A stretch of DNA of 33,807 nt from a virus (IMGVR_UViG_2695420701_000007:1-33807), one strand, 5' to 3'; positions 17,958-26,970 are shown, numbered from the stretch's first letter. The notes: a model not told the origin generated them from the sequence alone. Translations and numbers: made by a program.

Positions 17958-19092
17958 CCTCTCCGGCCTCCTGTTCGTCGTACCATTCATCCAGAAGATT
18001 GCTGAGAGCTTTTCTGTCTAATTCTAAAAGTTCAGATATGAAGGTTTCCGACGCGGAACCGGCTTCCCATGCTTTACGCGATAAGACGGTTAGGCGACCT
18101 TTATAATTTAGTGCTTCCCTTATGGGATTTGGCTCGTGTCTCTTCCAGCCTTTACGATTGGCGGTTGCCCATAGGTATCTAGTGTTTTGCTGATTAATTA
18201 AATTACATTTACTAAGACGCTCAATGATGCAAGTGGCTGATACTCTGAAAATGCTTTTTAGTCTAAGGACGGTTTCCTCATACGCCCATCCACCACCTTG
18301 CATGACGAATTGTTTTCGCAACGCGCTTTCTGGTACCAAAAAACAAGCAGCAAAGTGATTAGCAACTTTTTCTTCCGGTGAAATTGCTTTGCCATTAGTT
18401 TTATAGCTTTTAGCAGGGCCATCATACTCATCACGGTGGAAGATAAGATGAGCATATTCATGGCAAATACTGAAGATTTGACGTTCTATTGAAATGCTGT
18501 CGTGAACATTTACATAAATCGCGGTACCGTATTTGTTCGAAAACGCAGAAAATCCGAATACCATCCCTTTATCGGTTTCCTCGCGATTGAACGGGATCAC
18601 TCGAATATCCGATGCTTCCAAAATGGCTACAATGTCACCAACGCAAGTAGCGTTTCCCATACCAAGACGGAAACGTTCTTCCATAGCCTTATCTTCGACT
18701 CTTCGCAAATCTTCTGCTTTGGCGGTAAAAACAGGCATTGAGTTAGGAAGATCTTCTGGCAAATTAGCATCAGCAGCTTCCTCAATTGCATTGATATTTT
18801 TTAACTTTTCAATCAACTCATTGCGAAGTCTGGCATCCAACAAATCCGGACTATCTGCTCGCATTGCAAAACGAAACTCGCCATCATCTTGCTCATAAAA
18901 ATACCCGACAGGCTTATCGAAAATCTTGCAGAGCATGATGAGTTGGGTAACGCTTGGGACGCCTAGCGCCTGCTCAAACTTACTGTAGGTTTGACGAACA
19001 ACACCGATCGCATCTGCGACGGCGCTTGCACTCATTCCTGCGTCGTTTCTGGCCTGAACCAAGCGTTCTGCTATACGCTGTTGAATGTTCAT
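17947..19092 (-). CDS. XRE-family HTH domain fused to ImmA/IrrE-type zinc metallopeptidase (COG2856-like)
   Basis: 381 aa; N-terminal HTH (MSASAVADAIGVVRQTYSKFEQ), C-terminal HExxH motif (ICHEYAHLIF) in a context typical of ImmA/IrrE peptidases; AT-rich codon usage. Confidence 0.65.
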   Translation of the reverse strand: MNIQQRIAERLVQARNDAGMSASAVADAIGVVRQTYSKFEQALGVPSVTQLIMLCKIFDKPVGYFYEQDDGEFRFAMRADSPDLLDARLRNELIEKLKNINAIEEAADANLPEDLPNSMPVFTAKAEDLRRVEDKAMEERFRLGMGNATCVGDIVAILEASDIRVIPFNREETDKGMVFGFSAFSNKYGTAIYVNVHDSISIERQIFSICHEYAHLIFHRDEYDGPAKSYKTNGKAISPEEKVANHFAACFLVPESALRKQFVMQGGGWAYEETVLRLKSIFRVSATCIIERLSKCNLINQQNTRYLWATANRKGWKRHEPNPIREALNYKGRLTVLSRKAWEAGSASETFISELLELDRKALSNLLDEWYDEQEAGEDAV

Positions 19093-19376
19093 ACGTCACC
19101 TGAATTTAACAATGGTGGCTCTTATGGGTTTAGATTGGTTAATTATTACTAACATTATGAATGGAGAGTTGCAAAAATCATAATTAAATTATGCAAATTT
19201 CATGGAGTGTGATGTGGTGTGGGTTCACACTCTCTGCTGATTACATCCAGGGCGGTTTCCGCCCTGGCTCTGCTTACTCAGGAAATAACGCCCGGATATT
19301 TCCGGCCATCTGACTGGTTATCTGTGCGGTTGGTACTGGCTGTGGCGTGGGCGTTCTGCCCTGTTTGCGCCCTGAC

Positions 19377-19745
19377 CTATGCAATCCGCGCCGGATTCAT
19401 ATGGCACATGTTGTGTCTTTTTTCTGCATGGTAATGAGCTTTGTTCTCGTTAAACGGTAACACCTCATTCAGCCCGGCACTTCTGAAATCAGCGTGTAAT
19501 TGCTCCAGTACTGTTTCTTTATCAGCACCCGTTAATTCGAGATAATCCCAGAGGCTGGCGCATAAACCACAGTTTCGCGAAAATATTCTGCCTGGATTTG
19601 CTCCGTTTTTCAGCCACAAATCATAAGTAATATAAAATCCGTGAAGTTGTTGCCTGATACTTTCTTTGATTTCCTGCGCTGGCACGGTGCCTGGTAATTG
19701 CTCTCTCATTGTGAATCTCTCCTGTGTTGTGCCGGTCTGGCGCAT
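19377..19745 (-). CDS. Hypothetical protein
   Basis: 122 aa ORF in the early operon downstream of replication gene A; start uncertain (alternative Met at MREQLPG). Confidence 0.35.
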   Translation of the reverse strand: MRQTGTTQERFTMREQLPGTVPAQEIKESIRQQLHGFYITYDLWLKNGANPGRIFSRNCGLCASLWDYLELTGADKETVLEQLHADFRSAGLNEVLPFNENKAHYHAEKRHNMCHMNPARIA

Positions 19746-20137
19746 GAATGGCGCTGCGGTAAAAAGACCCTTTGCGTCAGTGCGGCCTTGCGATTGACGG
19801 CAGTCAGCGTTCTGGCCAGCGCGACATTGTGTTTGCGGGTCTGCTCTTCGTGGTACTTCTGCATGATTTTCCCGGCCGGCGTGAGTGGTTCCGGCTCTTC
19901 CGGTGAACGGCGCGGACGAACGGCAACTATCCAGCTCTGATATTCACTGCCCGGTCGCCTGTTAAGTATGTCGGTGATGGTGGTTGTGGTGGTGCGATCG
20001 GGGCTGGCCACCGTGATTTCCAGTTCGTCCCCGGGCTGTGGTCTTGTGGCTACGCCTCTCAGTGTCATGGCTGGCGTGCGCTGGCGCATAACGGCGTCGA
20101 ACTGCTGACGCTGCATGGTGCAGTGAAATCGCGTCAT
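19706..20137 (-). CDS. Hypothetical protein downstream of replication gene A
   Basis: 143 aa ORF overlapping the end of gene A; Thr/Pro/Arg-rich. Confidence 0.35.
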   Translation of the reverse strand: MTRFHCTMQRQQFDAVMRQRTPAMTLRGVATRPQPGDELEITVASPDRTTTTTITDILNRRPGSEYQSWIVAVRPRRSPEEPEPLTPAGKIMQKYHEEQTRKHNVALARTLTAVNRKAALTQRVFLPQRHSCARPAQHRRDSQ

Positions 20138-22626
20138 GATCTTACCTCCGCTGACGACTCCTGTGTGATGACGATGCGGCGGGTTGTGGCGCTCCAGTAC
20201 GCGATACGCCCGTCGCCCGGGCGAACGCGGGCACCGTTACTCACGGAAATAATGGCTGCGTCAGGCAGCTGCACACCCAGCGCGTCGAGTTCGCGGGTGA
20301 TTTGTGCGATGGTCGTGGTGTCGACAGGCACGACAACCTCCACCCTGACAGGGGTGTCTGATGCTGGTCTGGTGTTATTTTGTCCGGTATCCGTGGCGGG
20401 CGGCTGATTTTTAAGCTGTCTGATGAGCTGTTTCCGCTCGTAATGGCTCAATCCCTGCAACCATTGTGTCAGGCCATTTTCCGGAAGTGTCAGACGTTTC
20501 TCCTGCTGCCTGTTTTCTGTGCCGGTTCCGGCTGTTTTTTCGTCGCCGGGACAGTTATTGCCACGAGTCCAAGGGGCGGCAGGGCCGCCCTGAAGGTCAA
20601 AACCATTTTCGCGGGCGCTGTCTTCCGCTTCCGGTTTACGTCTTACCAGCTTCCAGTTGTCCGGATGCGTGCACACACGGGAGGATTCCCCGATGAGTGG
20701 CGACCAGATCCCGTAAATCTGTACGCTCTGTTCGCCGTAATCGTTCAGCTCATCTGCGAGGTCGTAGGCGGTGCGAATCAGGTAGTCCTTACGTGGAACA
20801 AGTACGCCGCCCTGTTTCTCTATGTAGGTGGCAAAACACCCGGCATCAGCGGCAGCAAGAACCGCATCCATTGCGTCATCCTTCAGCCGTTGCGGGCCTT
20901 CCGGGTTGCGTGCCATCTGGCTGGCAAGGCGGCGCAGTTCACGCCATACCTGACGGGAGGGGATGCCAAAGAACTGGAACTGGCGGACCCGGTGAAGGCG
21001 CGCCCAGCCGATGGCGCGTTCCACGCTTTCTGCCATCGTCTTTCCTGATTCGTCGTCGATGCGCGGTTTGCCTGTTTTCGGGTCAATGCCATCCACGGCG
21101 TGGCTGTCCAGGTTCTTTCCGATGTAGGTGGCGATATAGCTGGTCGGCGTACCTTTCGAACCGTCGACGTACTCCGCCTTAAAGCGCGGAGTTATGTCAT
21201 CGCCCAGCTCGTGGCGGTCTTCACGAATGGCAATATCGCGGGCGATGGTCACGATGCTGTCGATTTCTTCAGGATGTGCAAAGACCATCATATGCCAGTG
21301 CACCGTGCCGTCATGGTGAGGCTCCACCGTGCGGATGCCATACCAGCGCAGGCCCTTGCGGTCCAGTCTGTTACGAACGGCTTTAAAAAAAGTGTTAACC
21401 AGATAATCACTGGAATCGCGCATGGTAGCCCCGTTCCATTTGGGGTTCGGATGACCGTTCTCCGTTGTTGCGTGGTATTTTGACGGGCAGGTGACAGTCA
21501 GAAACACCGCTTTGTCGCCACGGGATTCGGCTATAAGTTCCGCCCCTTTCATGGTGGCCATCATTTCTGCCTTACGGTGAACCGGGTTACTTACTCCCGC
21601 GTAATACACTGTCTCGAGATCAATCGTGAACCCGTCTTCATTTTCCAGCATGAAACTTTTCAGGAAATCGCGTGTTTTCTCGCGCTGTGCGCGAAACTCA
21701 CTTAACGCGTCCTGGCTCAGATAGGGCGATGTTTTTCTGGAAACCAGACAGGCGGCGCGGAGTTGTTCTTCTCTCCACTCGCAACGTAAAAGCCACAGTT
21801 TGCGTTTCCACCAGTCCGCACAGGTCAGGCGAAGGATTGCGCCCGGCAGCAGTTCCGTGTCCGGTTCGTTCTTGCGGTCTTTGTCTGTTGTCAGCGCGTC
21901 ATAATGTGGAGGCATGGCGTGCAGGTGTAGCGCCATGCGGGCCAGCATCTGATACGCCTTCAGTGCCACCTCCATGGTCAGCTCGCCATCTCTGGCACCG
22001 AAACCATCACAGAGTGTTTCAAAGGAGCTGCTGAACATTGCCGCCGTCATGGTGCCCAGCGTCTGTATCTGGTGCTTGTTAAGCTGCGGCAGGTACAGCA
22101 AATCGTCCAGGCGTTCGCGTCCGGCAAGGGCGCGATAACCCGGTGTCAGCCAGCGGCTGTCGGTGCGGTCCAGTCGTTCGAATATTTTGCGCAGGGTTCC
22201 GCGCGCGTAGCCCTCTGATGGTCGACTCTTTTTGCCTTTCTGGCGGTCAGATTCCTGCTTCTTACGTAAAAAAGAGAGGCGGCGGCTCAGAGGTTCACGC
22301 AGATAAACAGGTAGCGCCTTTAGTGTGACAAATGCACGGGCCACCGGGTCTTGTTCTGTTGCCTGGCGCTTGCTGATGATGCTTTGTGTTACCTTCTCGC
22401 GCCGTTCGTCCTCATCGAGGGCGACCATGAGTTTTTTACCCATGTCTGACTGCACAAAAAAGGCTTCTTCTTCCGCCTCCCTGACTTCCTGTGCTTTCAG
22501 ATCTGCTTCCTGGTAGTAGCGTATGGCCTGTTGCAACGGGGTTTCAGGCGTAGGCTGATACTTCGCAAATGTGGCTGGGTCAATGGCCTGCCGTGGTTCG
22601 TTCCAGTCCCAGGTAAATTCACTCAT
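20134..22626 (-). CDS. A: Replication initiation endonuclease, P2 gpA-like (rolling-circle Rep)
   Basis: Listed ORF 20134-22653 (839 aa); probable start MSEFTWDWNEP. Size and position (end of early operon) match P2 gene A; contains His/Tyr-rich central region (GTVHWHMMVFAHPEE ... TPTSYIATYIGKN) compatible with HUH-type endonuclease motifs. Confidence 0.8.
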   Translation of the reverse strand: MSEFTWDWNEPRQAIDPATFAKYQPTPETPLQQAIRYYQEADLKAQEVREAEEEAFFVQSDMGKKLMVALDEDERREKVTQSIISKRQATEQDPVARAFVTLKALPVYLREPLSRRLSFLRKKQESDRQKGKKSRPSEGYARGTLRKIFERLDRTDSRWLTPGYRALAGRERLDDLLYLPQLNKHQIQTLGTMTAAMFSSSFETLCDGFGARDGELTMEVALKAYQMLARMALHLHAMPPHYDALTTDKDRKNEPDTELLPGAILRLTCADWWKRKLWLLRCEWREEQLRAACLVSRKTSPYLSQDALSEFRAQREKTRDFLKSFMLENEDGFTIDLETVYYAGVSNPVHRKAEMMATMKGAELIAESRGDKAVFLTVTCPSKYHATTENGHPNPKWNGATMRDSSDYLVNTFFKAVRNRLDRKGLRWYGIRTVEPHHDGTVHWHMMVFAHPEEIDSIVTIARDIAIREDRHELGDDITPRFKAEYVDGSKGTPTSYIATYIGKNLDSHAVDGIDPKTGKPRIDDESGKTMAESVERAIGWARLHRVRQFQFFGIPSRQVWRELRRLASQMARNPEGPQRLKDDAMDAVLAAADAGCFATYIEKQGGVLVPRKDYLIRTAYDLADELNDYGEQSVQIYGIWSPLIGESSRVCTHPDNWKLVRRKPEAEDSARENGFDLQGGPAAPWTRGNNCPGDEKTAGTGTENRQQEKRLTLPENGLTQWLQGLSHYERKQLIRQLKNQPPATDTGQNNTRPASDTPVRVEVVVPVDTTTIAQITRELDALGVQLPDAAIISVSNGARVRPGDGRIAYWSATTRRIVITQESSAEVRS

Positions 22627-23012
22627 GGTTGACACCCTGTCACGCGTTGCCATTCCTGCGAGAAGAGGGCAGAAAGACGGTTAAACTCAGTGGTGTATTC
22701 ACTCAGCGAGGCACACCCGCCAGCGGTGCGATGCGCCAGCATTGCTGCAAACACGGAGGCAGGGGAGTTGTAATACGCCAGCAGGGAGTCGCCGTGTGGT
22801 GTCAGGGTGTACAGGGCCAGACCGTGTGGTGTGAAGTCCACGCGGTAACAGTCGTCCACGATGAAATAAAGGGGGCCTGCGTTCTCTGGTTTTGTGGTGC
22901 GAGCCTGGCTGGCGCGGGCACGGAGATAGAAATCAAACATTGCCTGAAGTTTTGGAGCCAGACGGGTGTCCTGTGTGCGCACCCATTTTACGAAGTCATG
23001 ACGGTCAATCAT
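22623..23012 (-). CDS. Hypothetical protein upstream of gene A
   Basis: 129 aa ORF, stop adjacent to gene A start. Confidence 0.4.
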   Translation of the reverse strand: MIDRHDFVKWVRTQDTRLAPKLQAMFDFYLRARASQARTTKPENAGPLYFIVDDCYRVDFTPHGLALYTLTPHGDSLLAYYNSPASVFAAMLAHRTAGGCASLSEYTTEFNRLSALFSQEWQRVTGCQP

Positions 23013-23084
23013 GCTGCACCTCGCTTTGTTAAAGATGTGCGAAGGCCTCCCGCCGCAAGGTGCAGGAAAGGCCCGGAACAGGAA

Positions 23085-23315
23085 TTAATGGAGTTTGTTT
23101 TGCTGCTGGATGAGCTGTTGAAGCTCGTGCAGATCATCCGCCAGATAGCTGAATACAGCGGCGCAGTAGCTGTCTGACAGCGCGTGGCTGCGTTCATGCA
23201 GCATATTGATGTGCATGATTTGCGCGACGCGTGATGCGCGGAAAAGTCTGCGGTTGATTTCAGTCCGGATGTGACGACGCGCAGCGTATGCGCGCTGTTG
23301 TTTGCGGTTTGCCAT
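23085..23315 (-). CDS. Small basic hypothetical protein
   Basis: 76 aa, Arg-rich N-terminus (MANRKQQRAYAARRHIRTEINRRLF), follows a terminator-containing non-coding region. Confidence 0.35.
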   Translation of the reverse strand: MANRKQQRAYAARRHIRTEINRRLFRASRVAQIMHINMLHERSHALSDSYCAAVFSYLADDLHELQQLIQQQNKLH

Positions 23316-23492
23316 GATGTGGCCTCTATGTGTGTAAGTTTTGAAAACTCACCATCCAGAGCTGCGAAACTGTGGGTGGCGAGACGTACGAGGTTCGCAG
23401 TACCGGCAAACATAGAACCCGGCCCGACCGAAGTCGGCCCCGTACGCCCCACCATAATTCGTGTGCGAAAAAGATGTGGCGATACAGTACGC

Positions 23493-23515
23493 ACAAAAAA
23501 ACCGCTGGCGCGGTT
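23493..23515 (-). terminator. Rho-independent terminator candidate (minus strand)
   Basis: Minus-strand reading AACCGCGCCAGCGGTTTTTTTGTG: GC-rich hairpin (ACCGC/GCGGT) followed by a T7 run, inside a roughly 320-bp non-coding stretch. Confidence 0.5.
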
Positions 23516-23635
23516 GTGCGCTATGTTTGTCAGCGGGCTGCGAAACCCGGCACCCGTTTTATGAGGTGCAGCGGAAATGTAACCTGACTGATTGCGACAT
23601 GGCAAGCGGTTTTTTTGTGTGTGCATGATGATCAC

Positions 23636-24190
23636 TCAGTTCGGCAGCAGTTCGTACAACAGGGCGTCGGCGGCGGTCCGGCGGTTGTAGAGGTGAAACG
23701 CCGTATCATCGCTGATGTGCATTTGCATCGTGATGTTGATGTGTTTCGCGATTATGCAGAACGTCATGTTGCGTCTGTCGCGTAGCTCCGTAACCAGCTC
23801 AGCCAGACGATCGCTGTATCTGGTGCAATGGTGGCTCTCGCCGCATTTCTTAAGGCTGTAACCCCGTTTATGCAGTGTGTACCTCACGGTGCACTCGCTG
23901 CGTCCCACCTTCCGGGCCAGTTCCCGTGCGGTTTTTGCGTGACGGTTTTTGGTGAGAAAGGCGATGGCTTCTGCACTCAGCGGTGCTTTTCTCTTGCGAC
24001 CAATCAACCCGCGATTACGTAAAAAAAGAATCCGGTGCATCACTGCGCTGCGGGTTCGCTGAAGTCGTTCAGCCATTTGCCATGTGCTGTGATCCTGATA
24101 AAGCGAGATAAGCAGTTCGTCTTCCTGTTGTGTCCAGGCACTGACGTGCTTCGGTGCTTTACCTGGTCCCCCCATTGGTTTCAGAAACAT
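23636..24190 (-). CDS. Putative DNA-binding regulator with two HTH-like repeats
   Basis: 184 aa; two helix-turn-helix-like segments (STWQMAERLQRTRSAVMHRI and TARELARKVGRSECTVRYTL). Confidence 0.4.
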   Translation of the reverse strand: MFLKPMGGPGKAPKHVSAWTQQEDELLISLYQDHSTWQMAERLQRTRSAVMHRILFLRNRGLIGRKRKAPLSAEAIAFLTKNRHAKTARELARKVGRSECTVRYTLHKRGYSLKKCGESHHCTRYSDRLAELVTELRDRRNMTFCIIAKHINITMQMHISDDTAFHLYNRRTAADALLYELLPN

Positions 24191-24492
24191 GATTTGGCCT
24201 CCTTACGGCTTTCTGGTGTGGAGATGATCAGATTCAGTTTCAGGGCGGTGGCGTGTTCCTCTTTTGCCCCCGGCGAGTCCTCCCAGCCATCCAGCAGGTA
24301 AATCACATCGGCACAGTGCAGCATGGCGCTCCCGATAAGCATGTAGTCCCTGTATCTCAGCCCGTCAGGGAGTGTTGCGGGGTTGAGTACGGTATGACCC
24401 TGCATCCTCAGGCGGGTCGCCGTCATGGTGAAGGCGGTGCGGTTGAAATCAGGCTTCCCCGTCATGGGGCCAGCGATATAGATAACGGCCAT
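24181..24492 (-). CDS. Nucleoside 2-deoxyribosyltransferase-like protein (DUF4406-like)
   Basis: 103 aa starting MAVIYIAGPMTGKPDFNRTAF, the typical N-terminus of the DUF4406 / deoxyribosyltransferase-like fold found in phages. Confidence 0.5.
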   Translation of the reverse strand: MAVIYIAGPMTGKPDFNRTAFTMTATRLRMQGHTVLNPATLPDGLRYRDYMLIGSAMLHCADVIYLLDGWEDSPGAKEEHATALKLNLIISTPESRKEAKSCF

Positions 24493-25451
24493 TACATGAT
24501 CTCCGTGGTGGGGTGTGGAGCGGGAATGTGAGACAGCCAGCCCGCATTGACATCCCGGATCCGGACCTCACGGGCTGGCGGATAAACACCAATCACCTCT
24601 TTTGCCTGCTGGCGTGCACTGCTGCTGGCAGCCACAGCGCGGCGAACGCTCAGGGTGTGCAGCTCAAACGAGGAATAGATCTGCCGGGTTTCGGAGGTGT
24701 CACTGTTGGAGACCACCGGGTGGATACCGTAACGCTGCCAGGCGTTCATCATGAGCGCCGCAAGGTCACGGTGGTCTTTGCGGGTAAATGCCCGGCCGTT
24801 GTAGTGAGTGAACGCCTCTTTACCGTCCGGTGGCAGGTAGGGCGGATCGCAGTAAATGGCGATATCGCCGTGCACCGAAGAAAAACGGCGGATCTCAGCC
24901 GGCATTGTGAAGGCTGTACGGAAATCCGCGTGAATAAAGCGGGTCCGGGTCTCGTTGGCTTTATCAGCAAACAGGCGCATTTCCTGGCAGGGGAAATAAG
25001 GCATGCGGTGTTTGCCGAATGGCACATTGAATTCGCCTTTTTGGTTGGTGCGGTACAGGCCGTTAAAGCAATGGCGGTTCAGGTACAGAAACAGCGCTGC
25101 CCATTCCAGGGATTCGCCGCGTAATCTGTCGGTGGCCAGCGCGATGGTGTTAAATGCCCCGCGATGGCGTTTGTAGGCTTCCGGTGTGCCGCCATCCTTA
25201 AAGAGCGACCATGCACGATCCATTAATTCCGTGGTGTTGGTCGTCAGTTGCTGGTAGAAATTAATCAGCGCGGGGTTGCTGTCACACAATACGTAATAGT
25301 CATAATCCGTGTTCATGAAGACCGAGCCGCCGCCCACGAAGGGTTCGATCAGGCAGGCGGCTTTGGGTAAATATTCGCGCAGCTGCGGCATGATACTGAA
25401 TTTGCCGCCCGCCCATTTGAGCGGTGAGCGCTGGTTCAGAATACCTTTCAT
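24492..25451 (-). CDS. dam: DNA adenine methyltransferase (Dam-like, D12 class N6-A MTase)
   Basis: 319 aa; N-terminal LKWAGGK motif, catalytic DPPY motif (IAIYCDPPYLPP), FxGxG-like SAM region (EPFVGGGSV). Confidence 0.8.
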   Translation of the reverse strand: MKGILNQRSPLKWAGGKFSIMPQLREYLPKAACLIEPFVGGGSVFMNTDYDYYVLCDSNPALINFYQQLTTNTTELMDRAWSLFKDGGTPEAYKRHRGAFNTIALATDRLRGESLEWAALFLYLNRHCFNGLYRTNQKGEFNVPFGKHRMPYFPCQEMRLFADKANETRTRFIHADFRTAFTMPAEIRRFSSVHGDIAIYCDPPYLPPDGKEAFTHYNGRAFTRKDHRDLAALMMNAWQRYGIHPVVSNSDTSETRQIYSSFELHTLSVRRAVAASSSARQQAKEVIGVYPPAREVRIRDVNAGWLSHIPAPHPTTEIM

Positions 25452-25687
25452 GCGTCACTCTCCGGTTTTTTCCCGCGTGTGAATGGGGTGGGTTCGAGCG
25501 TGATTTCGCGCCGGATATTGCGCACGCGTAACTGCGAGCCGTCGTTCAGGCAGATCACGCGTTCATCATCCGGGCCGGTGATGTTGTCCAGCAGCGAACG
25601 GTCAGGGTTGATGTGGCGTTCCCTGATGCGGTAATGGTCGCCGGTGACAGTGCTCTCGCACAGAATGCAGATAATGGCGGGTTTCAT
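25448..25687 (-). CDS. Small hypothetical protein
   Basis: 79 aa ORF with CxxC (CILCES) at the N-terminus; ends overlap neighbours. Confidence 0.35.
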   Translation of the reverse strand: MKPAIICILCESTVTGDHYRIRERHINPDRSLLDNITGPDDERVICLNDGSQLRVRNIRREITLEPTPFTRGKKPESDA

Positions 25688-26214
25688 GCGTCAGCCCTCC
25701 ACTGCGACAACATCACGATGTGGGTGAAGGTGTACCGCCAGTAGGTTTCGTTTTTGGGGTTTTCTATGTGGCAGGTGTCCCGCATGAATGCAAAGAGTTC
25801 GTCGCGGGGATGGTTTTCAGGGTTAAAGCCGTCCCTGACGGCCACTTCATCGGTTATCTGGCGGCCCTGTATTACACCGATATCGGCAATGAAGGCCACG
25901 GCGAACGGCACGGTTTCGCCGTTCTTGTTTTCTGTGACCAGATGAATGTTGTCATACTGCCGGTAGGGCTGTCTTTTCAGGAGTCCGGCAAAGTCTGATG
26001 CGCGGGTAAATGTGGTTCCCTCCTCAAAAACCAGGGTACCGCCGGCGCTGTAATCGGGAAGAACGATGTTGCGGGTCAGGGTGTCTTCATGAAAATATTC
26101 TGCTGACTCCTGGCCCGCCTGGTAGCAATCAAACCCCGTCGGGCGAAGGGATGTGGTCTTGCGTCCGTTGCGGAATGCGTCAATAAAGCAGGGCTTAAAT
26201 TTCATCTGTAACAT
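25684..26214 (-). CDS. ASCH/PUA-like domain protein (putative)
   Basis: 176 aa; N-terminus MKFKPCFIDAFRNGRKTTSLRP resembles the start of ASCH-domain proteins. Confidence 0.4.
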   Translation of the reverse strand: MLQMKFKPCFIDAFRNGRKTTSLRPTGFDCYQAGQESAEYFHEDTLTRNIVLPDYSAGGTLVFEEGTTFTRASDFAGLLKRQPYRQYDNIHLVTENKNGETVPFAVAFIADIGVIQGRQITDEVAVRDGFNPENHPRDELFAFMRDTCHIENPKNETYWRYTFTHIVMLSQWRADA

Positions 26215-26278
26215 CGTCTTATCCTCTTCACGTATTCGTTATGGTTAAGCAGTACCCATGTCCGGCCTTCGTCCAGAC

Positions 26279-26455
26279 TTAACAGCCGGTAACGGTACAT
26301 GACGTTGATGACGCGGGCGGTACCCGCTCCAGCCGTCGCACGTGTGACCGGTCCCCCTTCAGCAGGCGACGGTATGCCGCCCTTGCTGCCCGCTCCGGCT
26401 TTCCCCCTGGCTTCATCCGGTTTTTGCGGTGTCGCGCAGGGATAATCAGCTTCAT
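26279..26455 (-). CDS. Small basic hypothetical protein (not in supplied ORF track)
   Basis: 58 codons by hand translation (MKLIIPARHRKNRMKPGGKPERAARAAYRRLLKGDRSHVRRLERVPPASSTSCTVTGC); its ATG overlaps the stop of the upstream gene (ATGA), suggesting translational coupling. Confidence 0.35.
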   Translation of the reverse strand: MKLIIPARHRKNRMKPGGKPERAARAAYRRLLKGDRSHVRRLERVPPASSTSCTVTGC

Positions 26456-26874
26456 TTGTCGGGGGTTATTTCCAGGTTTCTGGTCTTTACCCAGCGGTCT
26501 TCCTCGAAGGGGGAATCGAAACGGACGAAAACCCGGTCAATGGCGGGGCTACTGGTGCGGGTGTCAACGACCGTTCCGCGTTGCTGCGGACTGTTTTTCA
26601 GACATACGCGGGTCCCTTTGATGAATGTGGTGTGGCAGGTGTGTTCAGCACTTTCCTTTGCCGGGTCAGCTGCTGTCTGAAGGGTGGCAAGCTGATTTCT
26701 CAGACAGGTGTTTTCCTGTACCACCTGTTCAATTGCGTCTGCGGCGATAAGGTGAGGCTCCACTGACAGCACCATCATCGGGTTGTCAGTGTCAGCCATC
26801 ATTGCGGCGTAGTTGCGTAAAAACATTGCGCCCGCAAGGGCTTTATCTTTGAGGGTGAGTGTCGGATTAATCAT
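26452..26874 (-). CDS. Hypothetical protein
   Basis: 140 aa ORF in the early operon. Confidence 0.4.
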   Translation of the reverse strand: MINPTLTLKDKALAGAMFLRNYAAMMADTDNPMMVLSVEPHLIAADAIEQVVQENTCLRNQLATLQTAADPAKESAEHTCHTTFIKGTRVCLKNSPQQRGTVVDTRTSSPAIDRVFVRFDSPFEEDRWVKTRNLEITPDK

Positions 26875-26970
26875 TTTTATTTCCCTTATTCAGATTGTGC
26901 GAATCCCGCCGCGTGAGCGGTGTATTAACGAAACCGGTTAATTAACTAAAGAGGCGGCGTGCTTTACGCT

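Noticed and set aside
19219-19434. 71-aa plus-strand ORF in the intergenic region upstream of the defence pair
   Set aside because: Overlaps the inverted repeat and hairpins and has no ribosome-binding site; more likely non-coding.
20380-21182. Plus-strand ORFs of 222 and 161 aa opposite replication gene A
   Set aside because: Antisense to a long, well-supported CDS; composition is Arg/Gly/Pro-biased as expected for reverse-frame artefacts.
23009-23635. 208-aa minus-strand ORF
   Set aside because: Spans the terminator-containing non-coding region and overlaps the more plausible 76-aa gene; Ser/Thr/Ala-rich low complexity.
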